Positions 25,621 through 39,336 are shown, counted from the first letter of the whole stretch. The stretch: 63,961 bases of DNA, filler included, from Octopus bimaculoides (GCF_001194135.2; 6 parts of 6 records of this genome joined end to end with filler, not necessarily neighbours in it); one strand, 5' to 3'. Numbers and translations are program-made. Notes: generated by a model from the letters alone, not told the origin.

Positions 25621-26660
25621 TGTGTGTGTTATGTAAAAATGCATGCATATGATGGTTTGAATGTGAGTGTATGAGTGCGTGTTTGTGTTTGTGTCTGTCT
25701 CCAAGTGTTTGCTTGTTAATTTAGCAAATCGGCAAAAGTGACCGATACATTAAATACCGGGCTTTAAAACATTGGTAGAATAAATCCTGAGATCGATTTG
25801 TTCGACTAAACCCTACAGGCGGTGCTCCAGCATGACTAGAGTCCATTGACTGAAACAAGTCGAAGAAAAGAGAAAGAGAATCCAAGATGGTTGTCTGCAT
25901 CAATAGGGGTTGTATTATCTGGGGGAAATAACAGTTCAGAGAAAAGTTGACAGGAGAGAAATGAAAAAAGACAACAGGGTTTTTAGATATTTTGCGGTTG
26001 AGAAATTGGCTCCAACTGATGAGAAATGTAAGACAATGGTAGCTTCATACGTAAACAGCGAGTAGTAGGAGTGAGATGGAGACAGGAGGAGGAGTAGGTG
26101 AGGATAAAGTAGTGGGGAAAAAATGATGTGAGAGGCAGAGACTGAAGGATAAGAATAATATTACTTAATTAAGAGCCGATGCAGGAGCCGTCTATTGCAG
26201 TTCCAAGTTTGAGTATAAAACAATGTTCCTTCTGTTTCCTTGAGTATTCAGATCCATGGGTGGGCAATGGATCTGAATACTTGTCTTGAAGCTGGTTGGC
26301 CAAGCAGCCTACAGCCAACTACTTTGAAGAGCACGGTTGTATGGTCGCCATACTGACGACTGTGCCGACGCTCGATAGGTTCATCTTTTCATCCGACCCT
26401 CCGTTAGTTTTCCCGATATTTTCATCACTACCAAATTTTTACTCATTTGTTTCTCTTCAGATAACCAGACAGTCTTTTGCATTCAATTTCAGAGATTTGT
26501 TGATTCTAAACATTATCGCCCATTTGGAATTAGTTTTCGATATACCAAGAACTTGTTTTTGTATGGTATTTCATATATTTTCCTTTGATGTTCAGATACA
26601 TGTCAATCTGAGTTAGTTCTCTTTGCTCATTTTGTCATAAACACACACCACACACACACA

Positions 26661-26723
<63 letters not shown>

Positions 26724-26864
26724 NNNNNNNNNNNNNNNNNNNNNNNNNNNNNNNNNNNNNNNNNNNNTTAATTAATTAANNNNNNNNNNNNNNNNNNNNN
26801 NNNNNNNNNNNNNNNNNNNNNNNTATATATATATATATTCAATTTTAGGGAATGGAGTAGGTAA

Positions 26865-26959
26865 AATCCAGACTACATATGTTTCCTAGCTAGTCGAACC
26901 TCGGAAGTAGTAATTACTCAACGAGGGGTACTCCGCTAGTTACTCATCAGGCCGAAGAT
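26865..26959 (-). ncRNA. Degenerate minimal type I hammerhead-like motif
   Basis: Minus strand CTGATGA (26950-26944), helix II region with CTAGC/GCTAG and CGGAGTA/TACTTCCG, GAAA-C-ATAT-G-TA (26885-26874); helix I weak. Confidence 0.55.
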
Positions 26960-27299
26960 ACATTTCCCTAAATTTGCATTATTATTCACATACTCACCAA
27001 CCCTTGTAGCTAACCATGAAATATAAAATAACTTTTTTCAGATTATCGAACTTCGATATGGGCAAAATTTACAACCGTTAACGTCAATAAACCTTTATTG
27101 CTACTGAAAGTTGTTTTTTTATACATTTACTGACTGCTTGAGGCTTACTAACTTCCTACATCTGGATCCTTGAGTCTGACCTTTATATAAATCTCAGTTC
27201 ATCCCATAAGTAATGTCCGATAAAAAGTATTCCGACCGTTATAGCTTGGCAGCATTGCCACAACGAAGTTAGGATAATGTCGGACTGCCTTGAAAACAC

Positions 27300-27560
27300 C
27301 ACTGACGGTTTAATGTTGATTGAATAGATCTCCCCACCAAGTATTCGGTTGTTTCTGGTAGCTTTTCTTTTAAGAACCCCGGAATGATAAAAGACAAAAT
27401 AGATTTTAGTGAAGTTCGAATTCAGAACATCAAAATATGGAACAATTCCTACTAAGAGTTTTATCCGATGCTGGAATATTCCTGTCATGAAATGCCCCAG
27501 TATTAAGCGCCATCTCATGAAATCTATTGGTAAATAACAGTAGTAGCTTTGCAAATAAAT
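27300..27560 (-). mobile_element. Possible highly degenerate Penelope-like GIY-YIG end, upstream of the hammerhead-like motif at 26.9 kb
   Basis: CKATTVIYQ... and ...EIYSINIKPS resemble the start and end of the domain; many stops; weak. Confidence 0.3.
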
Positions 27561-28339
27561 AAAGTTTTACACCAGAATTTTTCACTGCTTTTATGTGTAG
27601 AAATATCGATCAAAATATTGAAACAATCAAAAGCAACCAAACTAAAGAAAAATTGTGTACATATGATGTTTTAAAAGGATATTTTTATGTTATTCAGTCA
27701 AGAAAGAACCAGCAAAAAATTTCTGAAGATGACTCTGTTAAAATTACCCACAGATATTACAATTTTTCTTTTCAGTAATATTTTGGAAGACTGGTAGACA
27801 ATTGTTAAATGTTTGTGTGTATTTTTTATGTATTTTTAATCAATTCTCTGTACAATATAAAGAATAGGTAATGGGGAGGTTAAAACAATTCTTTTGTTTA
27901 GAAATAGTAAGCTCCAAGGCATTGAAATCAATTGTAAACTAAAAATTATGCATACACACCGGATACAGAAGAATAATTAGAAATATCAACTATTCACAGA
28001 AGCTGCTCGGTTTTGAAAGAAAGTTAATGAAATTCTGAGAAAAACACTTCCAGAAAAATACCCATTGCTTTAAACATTTCTTGGAACAAATCAATAAGTT
28101 TCCATTTTACATGAAGAAAGTTTCAGATTTCCTTATCAAAGACTGAATAAAATAATGTTTATCAGTTTTCAAAGTACTGATTAATACTGTGCTTTTAAAT
28201 ACTTCACCTACTCAATAGCTTATTTCCCTATCTCTATACTTCATTCGACAGTCTATTGGCTTAAAATTCCTTTTTCTTTGACGTAATTCTCTCTTATTTC
28301 ACTGTGTAATTTATCACCCCCACATCACAATACATTCAT

Positions 28340-28615
28340 TGGCTTAGTGGTTAGGATGTCCGGCTCACGTTCGTAAAGTCGTGAGTTAGATTTCTCTTGA
28401 TCAAGATACTTGCTCCTGTCCAATCAGTTGGCAAAGATAAGTAGTAATTGCATTTAAAAGGTTCAGTCTTGTTACATTCTGGTTTACACTGAATCTCTGA
28501 GAACTACATTAAGGTATGCGTGTTTGTGGAGTGTTGAGCTACATGCAAGACAATTTCACTAGTGGGCTGCTGGGATCAACTGGAACCCTCATCGTCGTAA
28601 CCGACAGAGTTCCGG
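28340..28615 (+). mobile_element. tRNA-derived SINE family C. Related copies at about 3590-3750 (-) and 6030-6190 (-)
   Basis: Head ggcttagtggttagg...gtcgtgagtt followed by a cagttggcaaa block shared between copies. Confidence 0.65.
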
Positions 28616-29228
28616 GTACTCAGGTAAGTGAATACTAAGTTAGAATAACAAAACTTCAGTAAATGCTGCACGTTGCAGTACCCTGATTTTTACTGAATAA
28701 CATCTAAATAAACATTACTAAATAGTACCAGTTGAGGAATATTCTACTCTGTTGCATACTATTCGAAGTCATACTGGGAGAGTAAGTGGAGGAGAAATAA
28801 CCTCGGCTTTAGAAATATATTCATTAATGTAAAGGGGTTCTTCTCTTCGGCAATATCTTTTTTTGTCTTCTAGTTGTTTCAATCATTTGATTGCGGTCAT
28901 GCTGGAGCACTGCCTCGAAGAGTTTTAGTCGAAGAAATCACCCACCATGATTTATTTTAAGCCTGGTCTGTTTTGCCGAACCGTAAAGTTATAGGGACGT
29001 AAACACACCAACACCGGTTGTCAAGCACCTATAGAGGAACAAACAACGATACAAAGACACATGCACACATATATATACACATAAGACGAGCTTCTTTCAG
29101 TTTCCGTCTGCCAAATCAATTCACAAGGCTTTGCTCGGCCCGAGGCTATAGTAGAATGCCCTCGCCCAAGATGCCACGCAGTGGGACTGAACAAAGACCC
29201 ACCTAAAAGTTTGATGCCAGCGTCCGGA

Positions 29229-29300
29229 TCCCGAAGCCGGGATCGAACCAGGCATCTTGAGATCTTAAGTCTAACATTCTCCCAATTGAACTATTATTTT
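29229..29300 (-). pseudogene. tRNA-Phe-derived pseudogene with the anticodon mutated GAA to TAA
   Basis: Minus strand aatagttcaattgggagaatgttagacttaagatctcaagatgcctggttcgatcccggcttcgg aligns with eukaryotic tRNA-Phe (AATAGCTCAGTTGGGAGAGCGTTAGACTGAAGATCTAAAGGTCCCTGGTTCGATCCCGGGTTTCGG); the 5' acceptor strand is lost. Confidence 0.85.
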
Positions 29301-30880
29301 TAAAATCTCACGCACAAACACTGCCTAAAATAATCTTAACATAGTTTATAAGCTGAAGTGATGCCTGTATTACGTCTAATTAAATGAACGGTTATGACAT
29401 ATTTCTAGATTGTTCTTTTATGTATTTCAAATAGTTCTGTCAGGCTTTCTATTAGTACACCCTGAACCATTTTAAATACATTGCTTTCGTAAGAAGGGGA
29501 TTTACGCATTCAGTTTGTAGTTATTAGTTTCCAATAAATTGACGTTTTAGTAACACTGTCAAAAAGAAAGTAGTTGATGTGGAGACAAATGAAAGGTTAG
29601 GAACAAAAAATGATTCAGTGAGTGCTAATTCGAATCAATAAAACAATATTACCAATTATACCACGAAGAACGGTGGGGAAATGATTATGATTTCTTGATG
29701 ATGTTTTTGTTGTTGATAAAATGATTAATATTGATTATGATTAATATTGATTATGATTAATGGCGCAGTTCCAAGACAATAACGTCCTTGTTACTGATCA
29801 CCAAAAATTAATAAAGAAAAACAAATAGTTATGAAAATATAATTATATAATATGAGATCTGTCAGAAAGTATTTTTCATCTTAATCTATCAATAAAAGGG
29901 AAGTAATTATTACTAAATAAGTATTTTTCCTTTTGTTTCCATATTTTCTTGATTTTGTTTCCATATTTTCTTGATTTTGTTTTACTTTTACCTTAATTTT
30001 AATGTATTTAATTAATGTAAAGCATTTGTTGTTATGCATGATGAATTAGACGAAACGTTTAAATCATTAGTACGTAGAGTATGTTTGAAGTTGCTTTTAA
30101 ATCTCTTTATGATATATCTAATAACATGGATATCCCATTCTGCCTGACATCATTATTGAATCCCGTGCTTAGCAAGATATTTTCATTTGTGTTCACATGC
30201 AAGTATATTCCCTACTCACATCGACAATGTTTCACAGATGATAAAGATCGATGAAACGAAGTTGGATGTAATGAGTTGCCCAGTCGACGTTCAGCTCTGA
30301 TTATGGTTTTTGGAGCTCGTTATATTAGAACTAGTTTTCCTGCTGAGAAAAATGGTGCTATTTCTATTATTTTCTTAAATGAATTTTTCCCTTTATGTCA
30401 GAAGTTTCGATTTCACATCGATTTTCTTCTGGATTGTGTTTATAAGAAAGAACTGATGCAGAAAATGTTTCGTAGAATATTTTATTAATACATGGCTGCC
30501 GGGGTTTTATGGGTATTAATTCTTCAATGCTCTGACTGGCTTGGAGTTACTGGTACAATAAATAGGAAGGTCATACATTCCATCACCGAAGTGAAACCAC
30601 TAGATGTTTTGGATAAAAAGGACAAACAAGTAGTTTGCTGCAACTGGGATGCAAGTTGGGATTTGATCGTCGACGGCTGAATCAACTGTTCGAGGGAGCC
30701 AGATACTCAAATACTCAAAACCACTGCAACCCGGGTTTCGTTAATGATGACGCAGCCCTGAGAAGTATTTCGGAACTAAGTTTCCTACGAAAAGTTCTTT
30801 AAAACAAATATTTTCAGTTTCGATAAAAATTTATTTCCACTTTCTATATATTCTTTTATTCCATATATTGTTTCTTTCCT

Positions 30881-30924
<44 letters not shown>

Positions 30925-31144
30925 TCGCTAGCTCTTCCTTCCTTCCTTCCTTCCTTCCTTAATTCCTTCCTTCCTATCTATATTTTAGTATCAAAGCTTC
31001 TTATTTTGTTTTTATCACACTGTTGAAATGTTAGAAATAAAATGTGTTCGGTAGTCAGCGCATAGGTGTTGTCTTTATTGATGTTTACATCGGCATGTGA
31101 TTTGCTGCAAAGGACTTCTTTAGATTTTACAAATTTAACACACA

Positions 31145-31180
<36 letters not shown>

Positions 31181-31203
31181 CACACATACACACGCACATG
31201 CGG

Positions 31204-31242
<39 letters not shown>

Positions 31243-32348
31243 GCATCAGACGTGGAAGAGAGCCCTTGTACCAGTTTTTCTGACTGATGCCTATAGAAGC
31301 GAAGACGACACAGAGAATGAATTCTTCAATCATGTGGAGGCCATCTTTCACACCGAAGTTAAAATAGTGACAGGCACATGCAATAGAGATATCCAGGAAA
31401 TTTGTTTTCCTGAAAGCAGTATATGTGACCTGTGTCTTACTAGAAGCAGATAGTCAAGAGAAGAAACGACTGAATTGATCGTTTATGATATTTGATATTT
31501 TCTACTTTTGATTTTAGATTATATGAAATTATAGGAAGTAAGTGTAGATCTAGAAAATGTATGCTGCAAAGTTTGAAACTGTGGACTTGTTAGTGTACTA
31601 AATATACTGTGAGGAGTGTGGTCGATAGTAACACTTCGAAAATAAAAAAAAACTAACTCTGCTCGTTTGAAGTAAGATTTTAGGTAGTAAAGAAAAAAAA
31701 AGCACAAACCCACATATACATGCACACACGTCTGAAAAAATATCTTTAAACACAGTTTTGTATCTCTTTCAGTTCACCTTATGTGTCAACTTAACACTTT
31801 CTGCACATTTTAATTTGGGCCTGTATTAATCCTGCTTTTAAACTGGTCGAAAGAACTGTTGACGTAGAAGTATTCACCGCACAAACAAAATCTCTCAAAA
31901 TATCAATATTTTAAAATTTATTTTGGAGGAAGCTGGCTGATATGATTTTGGCTTCAGTTGTATCAACTTTCAAACAATCGTCTTTCAAAGCATTGTTGAG
32001 CTTTTGAGTCTCAATTTGGAGGTTAACGGAAGGGAGAGTGACGTCATGACTCTATCGTTGACTGTAGTAATCATAGCTGAGAATATATTGCATATAGTAT
32101 TACGAAATGATATGTCAGACACGCAGTGACCGACAACAGTGTGTTATAATCGAGTCTATTGCGTGATTTCTGACAATATGTGCCTAGGTTGCGAATAAAA
32201 GTGTAAGCGGGCCGTGGCCGTTTGCGTGGTGATCGCGTTCTATTGGTTGATTTTCAATCATCATCAACCAATGACCGATAGTTTGGCATGCAACTGTCTT
32301 CGTGCGTGCTTGTTCTGCTTGACGTATCGAAGTGGAAGAGGAACCTAA

Positions 32349-32484
32349 TGGGTGTACGTCTGTGTTTGTTAGTGTGTGTGTGCGTGTTTGTTCTTGTGTG
32401 TGTCTGCGTGCTTGTTCTTGTGTGTGTGCGCGCGTGCGAGTTCTGTTTTATGTAATTATGTGTGCAGAAGAAGCTACTGCGTGT

Positions 32485-32531
<47 letters not shown>

Positions 32532-33235
32532 TGAGCGTATTCTATTTACGTGTGTGGAATGTAAATATAACAAAAATATGTTGCATTTTAAACTTGAGAA
32601 AAGCCTAGCATATTTGTTTCTACCTGCTTCATTTATGATTGTAAAATCCATAAATTTTCAAGAACAAAACGCTATAAATGTCGAAAAAGCCGTATTAGTT
32701 ATAATAGTTCATGTATTTTTTTAACCACCAAAGAGCCGAAATATTTTCACATGACTCAAAGAGCTGAAATCAAAGGGCCGAAATATTGCAACATGCATCA
32801 AAGAGCCGAAATATTGCAACATGGACAAAAGGAAGAAATGTAAATTAATACTTACTATTGATTAAAGGAAATGCGAAAGAAAAATATAAATGACATTGAT
32901 TTCAATTAATTTTAAAGCTAAATTAAACAAGATCTCTGAGACAATACAAGAACATATTCACACACACACACACACAGTCACTCGCACAAGAACAAGCATG
33001 CACATGCATACACACACACACACACACACACAAGAACAAGCACGCACGCACACACTCACACACACACAGACGTATACCCGTTAGCTGCTACACGGTACAT
33101 ATATAAAATATTACAAGCGTTGCCTTAAAAAATTACGAAACTAGAATTGAAAAATATGCACGCTCAAAAGGGTTACAGAATGTTATAATAAACCTTAGAA
33201 AGTATGGAACTAGCATCATTGCTCAAAAATATTGG
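32349..33235 (+). mobile_element. Unclassified repeat: 730-bp unit with TGGGTGTACGTC inverted ends (32349-33080) plus a conserved tail. Second copy at 48880-49761 (-); tail-only copy at 48283-48400 (+)
   Basis: Collinear blocks shared with 49049-49761: cttgagaaaa, cctgcttcattt, gagccgaaatattgca repeats, ttaaacaagatct, cgttgccttaaaaa tail. Confidence 0.8.
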
Positions 33236-36200
33236 ACTCTATGTGTTCGACTAGACTCTTTAGGACAATGCTCTAGCATGACAGCAGACTAATGAGCAAA
33301 ACAAATAAACATAAAAGAAATGAAATAATGCGTGCATTACATATTATATATAATACATGAGTTGGTTGGACAAAGAGTTTACTTACAATTTTCATTCATA
33401 TATTGTATGCTGTTATCATTAGGTTTTCATGGGAAGAATTGTCTTTAGATAGATCTGTAAAACAAATATATTAGGTATTAGCAAAAATAAATAAATGACT
33501 GAAAACATTGTAACTAGATCTACATGCAATGTATTATTTATATAACTACTTAGATCATCATGTTTGTTCTCCTTTAAATTTTGTTCTTTTCCGAAGCACA
33601 GCATTGCTATATTTCAGTTATATACGTTGAAGAGTCTTTCTAATGTCTTCTCTCTATTTCATTTCAGAAATATGATCAAATTGACTTTGTTTGCATCATA
33701 TCTTATATTTGTTTTCTACCAATTAACTTTATTTCAAAGAATTAAATTCGTTGATTGTTTTTGAATGCAATTATAGATACTAAAATAACGCACAATTTCT
33801 CAAAGTAATCTGAGAATTACAATTACTAGTTCAGTGTATTTCTGTGAATATACTGCGCGGCTCTACTGGTGGAATCAACATTTCCCCATTCACTCTTCCA
33901 GCGATACAAGAGTGGAATTTTGTAGCAATGTGTTAAAATTACCAATCTCTTCCTTCACAGATGTTTTAAATGAATTGCTCCCTAGATGCATTGCTGTGCA
34001 TTTTATAATTTTCATGTAGTATTCATTAAACGTTCATTGTTGCATCTGGTGATACACCTTTGGTCGTCTTCATTGTAAATATGTCTTTGTTATAAACAGA
34101 TCAAATACTAGTGTGTTCATTAATAATAAGTGAGTTCGTTAAATTACCAGTCTCTCTCTCTTTCTTTCTCTATCTTTATGTTTCCTCTCTTCCTACTTGG
34201 CTGATCAGTCGATTTCATTTGTGATCAATATTCAGTAAATAATGCCCTAAACGATAAAGAGATATAGGATATAGTGTAACAACGTTGTCTAGATTCATAG
34301 TATCGATCCCTAGTAAGATACAATTATCGTTCAAAAATAGCATACGTTTTGATAATGGAATGTGGTAATGAGGGTTTAAACAATCATATCAATCTCAGGG
34401 CTTATCGAAGTTTCTTATTGATGTAATCAAACCATATTTGTTGAGTCACTATATAACGAGATATAAAGGGTTATAAGAAAACAATAACACCGATGTAATG
34501 TAAACAGACACATTACACATATGCAACACCCATTCATGCACAAACATTTTAACTAATTGAAGGACCGAAACAAGAACATGAATAATTTAACTGTCTGCAG
34601 AACTATTCTGGATGAAACTCTGAATTTCTGTAATTTTGGTTTTAGCAGATAGAATATTTCTGAATCTTTAAGAGGCCCATTTTAATTTGAAGTATGCCAT
34701 AACAAGCAGCATGGTGAATGGAAAATAATCCGATGATTGGCGAGAGTGGTTCTTGCGTTAATCCGATGGTAATATGGAGCGAAAGAGATTGCTCTCATGG
34801 GGTTAAAATTTAAACAATAAAATGAAGATTAAGAATTGAATATCAAAGAGAGAGATTGCACAGCGTATAGGTAAATAAATAAATATATTAGATGCACACT
34901 CTCTTACAGTTGCATGCTGTTTTATATTCATCCACGCAGTCAGTCTGCATCTCTCAGTACATGTATATAGATAATTACGTGTACGAAGTAGGCGGGTATG
35001 TCTCTCATACACGTATTATGTATAAATTTAACAGGTTTCGTACTGTTTCCAGCTACTAAATTCCACTTAACAAGATATTAATCATGCGTAATGGAATGCT
35101 ATATTTAGCTAACAATTTTGTATTTAGGATCATTTTTCGGTTTTTAAGAATTTTACTTTTAGCTACTAAGGTGAACATATTACCGAAAGTACTTTGAATG
35201 TGTGAAGTCGCATAGACATTTCGTGAACTTTATAGTTTAATATAAAACCAATTATATTCTTTATTATCCAAAGCCAAAATACTAAAAGATTCGTTATTGT
35301 AAAGTTTAATAATTTCGAATCTTATACATATAATGTTACTGCATAGTAATTAATAATATTGTTTCTGTAAATTCTGTAATATATTTTGTTAAATATTTAT
35401 TTTTCAGCGTAGGTTAAATGTGCATTGATGTCCAGTGTTTCGTCAAATTTTTTAATATTGAATTTTAAACTTGTTTAGCTCATCGCTTATCGTGATCGAC
35501 AGGCATATAGACTTAATGCATGGAAACTGTAGCATTCCCCAAACGGATAGCTTTAATTATTGATACATATGTTTCTGGATTACATTAGTAAAAAAAAAAA
35601 AAAAAAAAAAAAAAGGACTCTTAAATTCTGAGTTGGAAAACAAAGATAATTTAAGAAACATAATACATAAGCATATGTTTCTTTAACAGTTTATACCGTT
35701 ATAAAAGACTCGTTTTGCAAATTAGATCAGCATTGAAGAATTGCCACGGAAGAATTTGCTACCGTTATAGAAATCGGTCATCCGAAACAGCAAAATCGTC
35801 TCAGATATGATGAGAATTAAAAAGTACTGAATGTCTATCTATCGTTGAGAAAATTGGTCTCTTTAAATTATTTCCGATGCTGGTTAAATCTTTGGAAACT
35901 CGGAAATCATGCAGGTGACACAAATTGCAAACCTATAGTCTCTGATATGAAAACATGCCAAATAATGATATGCTAAATAACACAATCAGTAAATCAACTA
36001 GAAATTTCGCTTGCGTTATTTAAATACGCCATTTACCTTCTGGGTCTAGATCCTGCTGCGTTCTCTTACCATTCTTATCAAAGTCGATAAATTAATACGT
36101 GCTAAATAATTTAGTCTATTCAATATTCTGCCCTACCACAATATGATTTCCTTTCGGCAAAATTATAAAAAGAAAGTAAAGAAAGGATTGATTAATTACG

Positions 36201-38997
36201 GCAAATTGGGGAGGCAGGTGAACCGAATAAGAAGTTTGGAAGGTGGGTTGGTGTAGAGGTGCATTATAGTGGCAGAATCAAAATAAATATCGATAGAAGC
36301 AGCTTTATATTTAGCAGGACTATGTATCGCCAATTTGGTTAAGCGGTGTCAAGTAGGAGTTTGAAAAACCAACAGAGATACTCTTGGAAGAAAATCAGAA
36401 GGCTTGATATATATTTAGATATTTAGGAGGTGAGAAATCTCAAAAGCAAAGCAATACAACATATTCTTCGCTTTGCTGAGAAGAGCGAAGTTTGCTGCAA
36501 TAACCCAAATATTTTTTCTTCATTAATATATCTGGTTTCCAACTGAACAACACACTCTTTTCAGCAACTAATATATTGAATTCAAATTTTGGCACAAAGC
36601 CAACCAGTTCGGGATTGGGGAATAAATCGACTACATAAACCCCAGTTCTCAACTAATACTTATTTTATCGATCCCAAAAGGATGAAAGATAAAGTTGACG
36701 TCGGCGAAATTTGAACTCAGAACGTAAAAACGGATGAAATGCCGCCAAGCATTACGCCTGGTGTGTTAACATTTCTGTCTGATCGCCGCTTCAGTTCAGC
36801 AACTAATATATTAACAAGAAATAATTCTGTCAGAACAATCAATTCAAAATCGGTATTAGCTTCGTTCGAATTAATAAATTTTAGCTATCACAGTCTCAAA
36901 CTATCTCTTAGATTTAAAATCTAATTATAGTAACAAAGTAATCACAAATCGTATCCACGAACTGCTTGGTGAATCATTTTATAACAGAAATATTTTCTGC
37001 AGTTTACGTGATTCATATAAAAGGCACATGTTGAAGCAGCCAGGGCAGCAGGTCGTTTACGGGTGGCATAATGCAGCTGATCGATTTCAATGAAAATTAT
37101 TAATTTATCGTTAATATAAATCCTTAAAACTATTCTTTTCTTTTAATGTATACCTCATCACATATAATGAACATATGTTAATCAGAGCACATGCAATGTT
37201 AGGTTGAAAGTTATCATTATTGGATGTAAAACAACTCTTGACTTGACATTTGTGCAACTGGTAAGATCTAAAACCGAAAAATTAAAAAAACAAAAATCTA
37301 AGATATTAAGACAATAATACTGCATGAAATCCTTTTCATTCAGCTACGTTAATATCATCATTGCTGTTTTGTTTATACAAGACTAACAGTTAATCCAAAC
37401 ACGGGTTTTGAGGTCAAACTACAACGTATTTAGCGCAAAATATTTCAAAACAAATTAAGTAAAAACAGCAAATGTTTCACACGTTGGCCAGTTTACGTGT
37501 TGTCAAATATAATCCAGCTGATCTTTTGTCTTCCATTCGACTTTATGTAGAAATTGATAATTTCTCTTACATGCTCGAATATATCTCTCGTCATTAATCC
37601 ATTCTATTAAAGTGACATTTGAATTGAAGTGCAAATTCCATGCATGCTATACTATATAAACTAAGATACTATTTCATTTCTTGTTGAAACCGATTTCAGT
37701 TTTCCATTCGGATTGATGTCAGGAACAAAACAAATTTCTGACTTAATTGCTTATGCTTCAGCAACCAGCATGCCTAGTTGAAACCTTTCCATTATCTAAG
37801 AATTTAATCCACGTAGTATTGTATAATTCTGGAATATTCGAGAGTAATGGCTTTGATGTTGACCAACAAATCTGATTAAATTCTATTAATTTCTTTAATT
37901 ACGCTGGCAAATATATTGCAGTGCTCGGAGGAATACCTTCTCAGTCTCGTTTAAAGTCTAATATTGTAATTATATTGATGCAAGTGAATGAGGAAAATAA
38001 GCATAGATTAATATTAAAGAACCAATTAGTAAAATAAGTGTAGAGAACAAACTATTAATTCACTATTCCCGATAATGTTCATGTCTTGCTTGACTACAGA
38101 TCCCAATAACGTAGGAGGCAAAAGAAGTTAGTTAAATTTTCATTTTGTAGAGCATTCTTTGACTTTCATTGCTCATACTAATCTGTATATGAAAAGTGAT
38201 AATTAACAGCCAACAAAGACGCACCAATGAAGGAACCGCCATGCAAGCGCTCAAAACTCCTGATAATGGGTATTAATTTTTCTCAGATTCACACTATTGT
38301 GTCGAAATGTAATACCAGATATACAATATGACAAAGTGTTCACGACTGGAATACCTCCGAACATAGTTTTGCACGATAAACCCAAATCTGAAGTAATTAA
38401 ATAAATTTTATTCATCATTTTTTCTCAAGCATTCGAAATATTTTCTTGTGTATTTTTATCAAATAAACCGTACTCATGCGTACGTACACAGATACACACA
38501 CTACACACACATGAATACAACACATACACACATACACACACACTCACTTGCATTCCACACATAATCACAAAAAGCACACTCACGTAAACATTTGTCATTA
38601 GGACCTCTCTAATTATATAATGCAAACTACGAGTTCATGTTCAAGACATACACACTTCACGTCTGGCTGTACAGCCTTTTTGTTTGTTCATTTCACCGTT
38701 TCGTTTTCCTGTCTTGTTTTCCGTCCGCCACTACCCTCCACGAAAACAATTTAATTTGTGTTCGTGGGAAGAACCATTTTAACGATGCGTACTGCTTTAA
38801 TTCTTCGAAACGCCAGAGTTTTAATGGTGGCAGCTGATGAAGGGGATGTTTCTATGTGGCCTGCTTGTTTGTTGCACCTTGTTGACCATTTTGTCCTTGT
38901 TCTTTTGCCACGTCATGTACCTAGTTATGTATCTATATGTACATGTAGATGAACGTATATACATACATGTACATATATATGCATATACTCATATATT

Positions 38998-39038
<41 letters not shown>

Positions 39039-39093
39039 GGAGATGTACTTGCATAGCAAGTGACCTGATCTGAGATCGTGTGCTGAAACAAAA

Positions 39094-39295
39094 ACAATTG
39101 CAGCGTGGGACGTGTTTATAGGCCATTTAAAAACACACAAAACCGTTAGATTCACTTCAACATTCAAATTAAATTTGTCTAAATATTTTCGTCGCTTTGA
39201 GACCGCAACCTGTTCACTGACAGAATTTGAATGTTGAAGTGAATCTAACGGTTTTGTGTGTTTTTAAATGGCTTATAAACACCTTCCACGCTGCA

Positions 39296-39300
<5 letters not shown>
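39094..39300. repeat. 77-bp inverted repeat (39094-39170 and 39224-39300), 3 mismatches, 53-nt spacer
   Basis: Direct comparison of the arms. Confidence 0.92.

Positions 39301-39336
<36 letters not shown>

Noticed and set aside
29229-29300. Functional tRNA-Leu(UAA)
   Set aside because: The acceptor stem cannot form, the body is Phe-type, and the D and anticodon stems have mismatches
30492-30680. 62-aa ORF with a hydrophobic N-terminus
   Set aside because: Short, no recognisable homology, no supporting exons
30715-30765. Minus-strand GAAAC-CCGG-GTT with a palindromic loop
   Set aside because: No CUGANGA upstream
38800-38850. GAAAC...CTGATGA as a permuted hammerhead
   Set aside because: No NUH triplet, no helix I and no closing pair for helix II
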